From a virus (Duplodnaviria; Heunggongvirae; Uroviricota; Caudoviricetes): a stretch of DNA of 7,646 nucleotides. The notes under the pieces were generated by a model, which worked only from the letters and a program-made list of their open reading frames with translations, was not told the origin of the DNA and did no database searches. The position numbers were made by a program, and so were the translations under genes. Location: IMG/VR virus record IMGVR_UViG_2778261463_000007, positions 1 through 7,646 of that record. The stretch is one strand, 5' to 3'. This document shows, in pieces, positions 6,126-7,646 of this stretch (position 1 is its first letter; every line of letters begins with the position of its first letter).

Positions 6126-7118
6126 TCAGAATGTCAATTTGTCACTGGATTTACCGAATTTGTCAGACATGGCTCCCAGGCCAGCCAGGACATCGACCTG
6201 TCGCTGTCGCCCACCTCCGGGAGCGGCTGGCTGTTGCCAGGATTCGTCAAAGTGCCGATCGGGGCCAAAGAACGTCGACGCCTGCTTCACGAACTGTGTG
6301 CCGGTATTTCCTGTAGCACGTACCCAGGCGGCATAACGTCTCACACCATCAAGCATGGTCTCCGGTTTTATTCCCTCCCTGAGACGGGCTTTCCAGGCTT
6401 TGAAGGCTGCTGACTTGGAATTGCCACCAGCACGTTTGGGATATTCCTGCCAGACCTGTTCAAATTCCGGTGAATATTCCTGTCGGGCGGAACGCGCTGG
6501 TGCAGACGCGTCAGCGGATGCGCCAATAGTGTTTTTAGTCTCCGTTGTAATCTCTGTAGTAATCTCTGTATTTGTATCAACATTCGGCGTATCCCCTGTT
6601 CCGTTATGACGTTGGGGGGTGTTCCGTTTTAACGTAATAGCTGTGTCGCTGATTGCGTTATTGCTGTTACTTTCTGGCGAAACAGAAGAAGGTGTGGTAA
6701 TGGCAGCAACTGCCTGTGGGTTGATCCCGACAAACAAAATATTGCTGCATTTCACACCATCGAGCATTTCTACGGTGCGTAAATCCAGAGTAATAAACCC
6801 TGCATCGCGAAGACGCTTCAGCGCATCTGCGGTTTCCCTTTTCCCGAAGCCAAATTGCTCAGCAAACGCCTGATAGCTTCTTTGCAGTTTGTCACCCTGA
6901 AAACGCTTGCGATATCCCAGCAAAGCCCCGGTATGCTCATCCCGGAGTTCTGTCGGGCGGTACCAGTAAACAATTTCTGAAAGCAAGGCGATAGCAGTCG
7001 CATCCGGACGACCACTGGGTAGCCGAATATGTTTCCACCAGTTCGCGGGGGTGACATTGCCGGAAATATTAATTTGACCAATAGCCATAACTTCCGGTGT
7101 AGGTGCGTAACGACTCAC
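6126..7118 (-). CDS. O: Replication initiator, lambda O-like (replisome organiser)
   Basis: 330 aa; N-terminal domain resembles initiator/replisome-organiser proteins of lambdoid phages; low-complexity linker with TEITTEITTE repeats; conserved-looking C-terminal domain. GTG start preceded by GGGAGGTG, overlapping the upstream stop. Position immediately before the helicase loader and helicase. Confidence 0.9.
   Translation of the reverse strand: MSRYAPTPEVMAIGQINISGNVTPANWWKHIRLPSGRPDATAIALLSEIVYWYRPTELRDEHTGALLGYRKRFQGDKLQRSYQAFAEQFGFGKRETADALKRLRDAGFITLDLRTVEMLDGVKCSNILFVGINPQAVAAITTPSSVSPESNSNNAISDTAITLKRNTPQRHNGTGDTPNVDTNTEITTEITTETKNTIGASADASAPARSARQEYSPEFEQVWQEYPKRAGGNSKSAAFKAWKARLREGIKPETMLDGVRRYAAWVRATGNTGTQFVKQASTFFGPDRHFDESWQQPAAPGGGRQRQVDVLAGLGAMSDKFGKSSDKLTF
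6541..6660. repeat. Direct repeats inside the O-like gene: candidate iteron-type replication origin
   Basis: Tandem GTAATCTCTGTA x2 at 6547-6570; TGTTCCGTTATGACG at 6597-6611 and TGTTCCGTTTTAACG at 6620-6634 (13/15 identical, 23 bp apart); further TTGCGTTA/TTGCTGTTA-like repeats to about 6680. Confidence 0.45.
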
Positions 7119-7339
7119 ACGGCACCTCCCAGGCGTTTAAACATTTTTCCGGACTGAAACACTGCCAGTGGATAACTCAGGGTATGAGTACGTCCCTGAA
7201 CCTGGCAGACAACCTTCTGGCTTTCTGTATTGACCAGGCAAACCCGCAGAACGTGGCCGTTGCTGGTGGTGAACCACTGCCCCACACGGGGGCAATGGTT
7301 GTATCGGTGATACCGGAAATTAACGATGTGGCGGATCAT
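7115..7339 (-). CDS. Hypothetical 74-aa protein with three Cys, immediately upstream of the O-like gene
   Basis: ATG preceded by strong GGAGGTG at correct spacing; stop overlaps the GTG start of the O-like gene. I recognise no family. Confidence 0.6.
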   Translation of the reverse strand: MIRHIVNFRYHRYNHCPRVGQWFTTSNGHVLRVCLVNTESQKVVCQVQGRTHTLSYPLAVFQSGKMFKRLGGAV

Positions 7340-7527
7340 GGACGCACCTCCGCCGTAGTTACGTATTTAACCGGGCTACCTTTCATTGAGATGGTTTCAC
7401 ACATCTCTGCCGCTTTCAGTTCTGCCGTTTTTCTGGATTTATAGCGACGGTGCCAGACAGATACATCCGTGCTAACTGATACATCGTTCTGAGAGATCCC
7501 CTCATAATTTCCCCAAAGCGTAACCAT
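7336..7527 (-). CDS. Hypothetical 63-aa protein (uncertain gene call)
   Basis: ORF whose stop overlaps the start of the 74-aa gene (ATGA), but no convincing Shine-Dalgarno precedes its ATG, and an alternative frame is open to the window edge. Confidence 0.35.
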   Translation of the reverse strand: MVTLWGNYEGISQNDVSVSTDVSVWHRRYKSRKTAELKAAEMCETISMKGSPVKYVTTAEVRP

Positions 7528-7646
7528 GTGTGAATAAATTTTGAGCTAGTAGGGTTGCAGCCACGAGTAAGTCTTCCCTTGTTATTGTGTAGCCAGAATG
7601 CCGCAAAACTTCCATGCCTAAGCGAACTGTTGAGAGTACGTTTCGA

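Noticed and set aside
5639-6336. ORFs 5639..5899 (+), 5878..6096 (-), 5896..6105 (+), 6086..6316 (+) and 6106..6336 (+)
   Set aside because: Overlap the DnaC-like and O-like genes on the opposite strand or in a different frame; no independent support.
6541-6660. Possible CRISPR array suggested by the short direct repeats
   Set aside because: Only two copies of each motif, units are 12-15 bp, they lie inside a coding region, and there is no regular repeat-spacer periodicity or adjacent cas gene.
6355-7444. ORFs 6355..6609 (+), 6368..6583 (-), 6619..6873 (+), 6818..7081 (-) and 7103..7444 (+)
   Set aside because: Overlap the O-like initiator or the small upstream genes in other frames or on the opposite strand; the O-like frame has domain-level support and a strong RBS.
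7528-7646. Canonical lambda-type nut site (boxA CGCTCTTA plus boxB hairpin) upstream of the small ORFs
   Set aside because: No exact boxA and no convincing boxB-like hairpin visible in the available 119 bp; the site may lie beyond the window or be of a different type.
1-7646. Insertion sequence, transposase or integrase
   Set aside because: No terminal inverted repeats flanking a transposase-like ORF and no recombinase-like protein among the translated ORFs.

Overview
This window reads as a segment of a lambdoid prophage from an enterobacterium (Escherichia/Salmonella-like), covering the replication module through the late-gene regulator. All phage backbone genes are on the minus strand, in transcription order from right to left: two small ORFs, an O-like replication initiator with internal repeats (candidate origin), a DnaC-like helicase loader, a DnaB-like replicative helicase, an 85-aa coiled-coil ORF, a 331-aa Cys/His-rich protein (DUF968/YdfU-like as I recall it, with an HNH-like motif), and a Q-family late antiterminator. 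Downstream of Q, on the opposite (+) strand, sits a visibly AT-rich porin gene of the OmpC/NmpC family with its own promoter region, a perfect CRP consensus site and a strong intrinsic terminator; this is a classic moron position. Beyond it on the minus strand are a well-formed tRNA with anticodon CAT (tRNA-Ile2-like) and an adjacent atypical tRNA-like element. No CRISPR array, IS element or integrase is visible. I do not see a recognisable multi-gene defence system. The least explained content is the nin-region pair (85-aa ORF plus the Cys/His-rich protein), the Cys cluster on the DnaC-like protein, the repeats inside the O-like gene, a possible 3'-UTR small RNA after the porin, and the atypical tRNA-like element. 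All homology statements are from reading the translated ORFs and memory of protein families; no database search was run.
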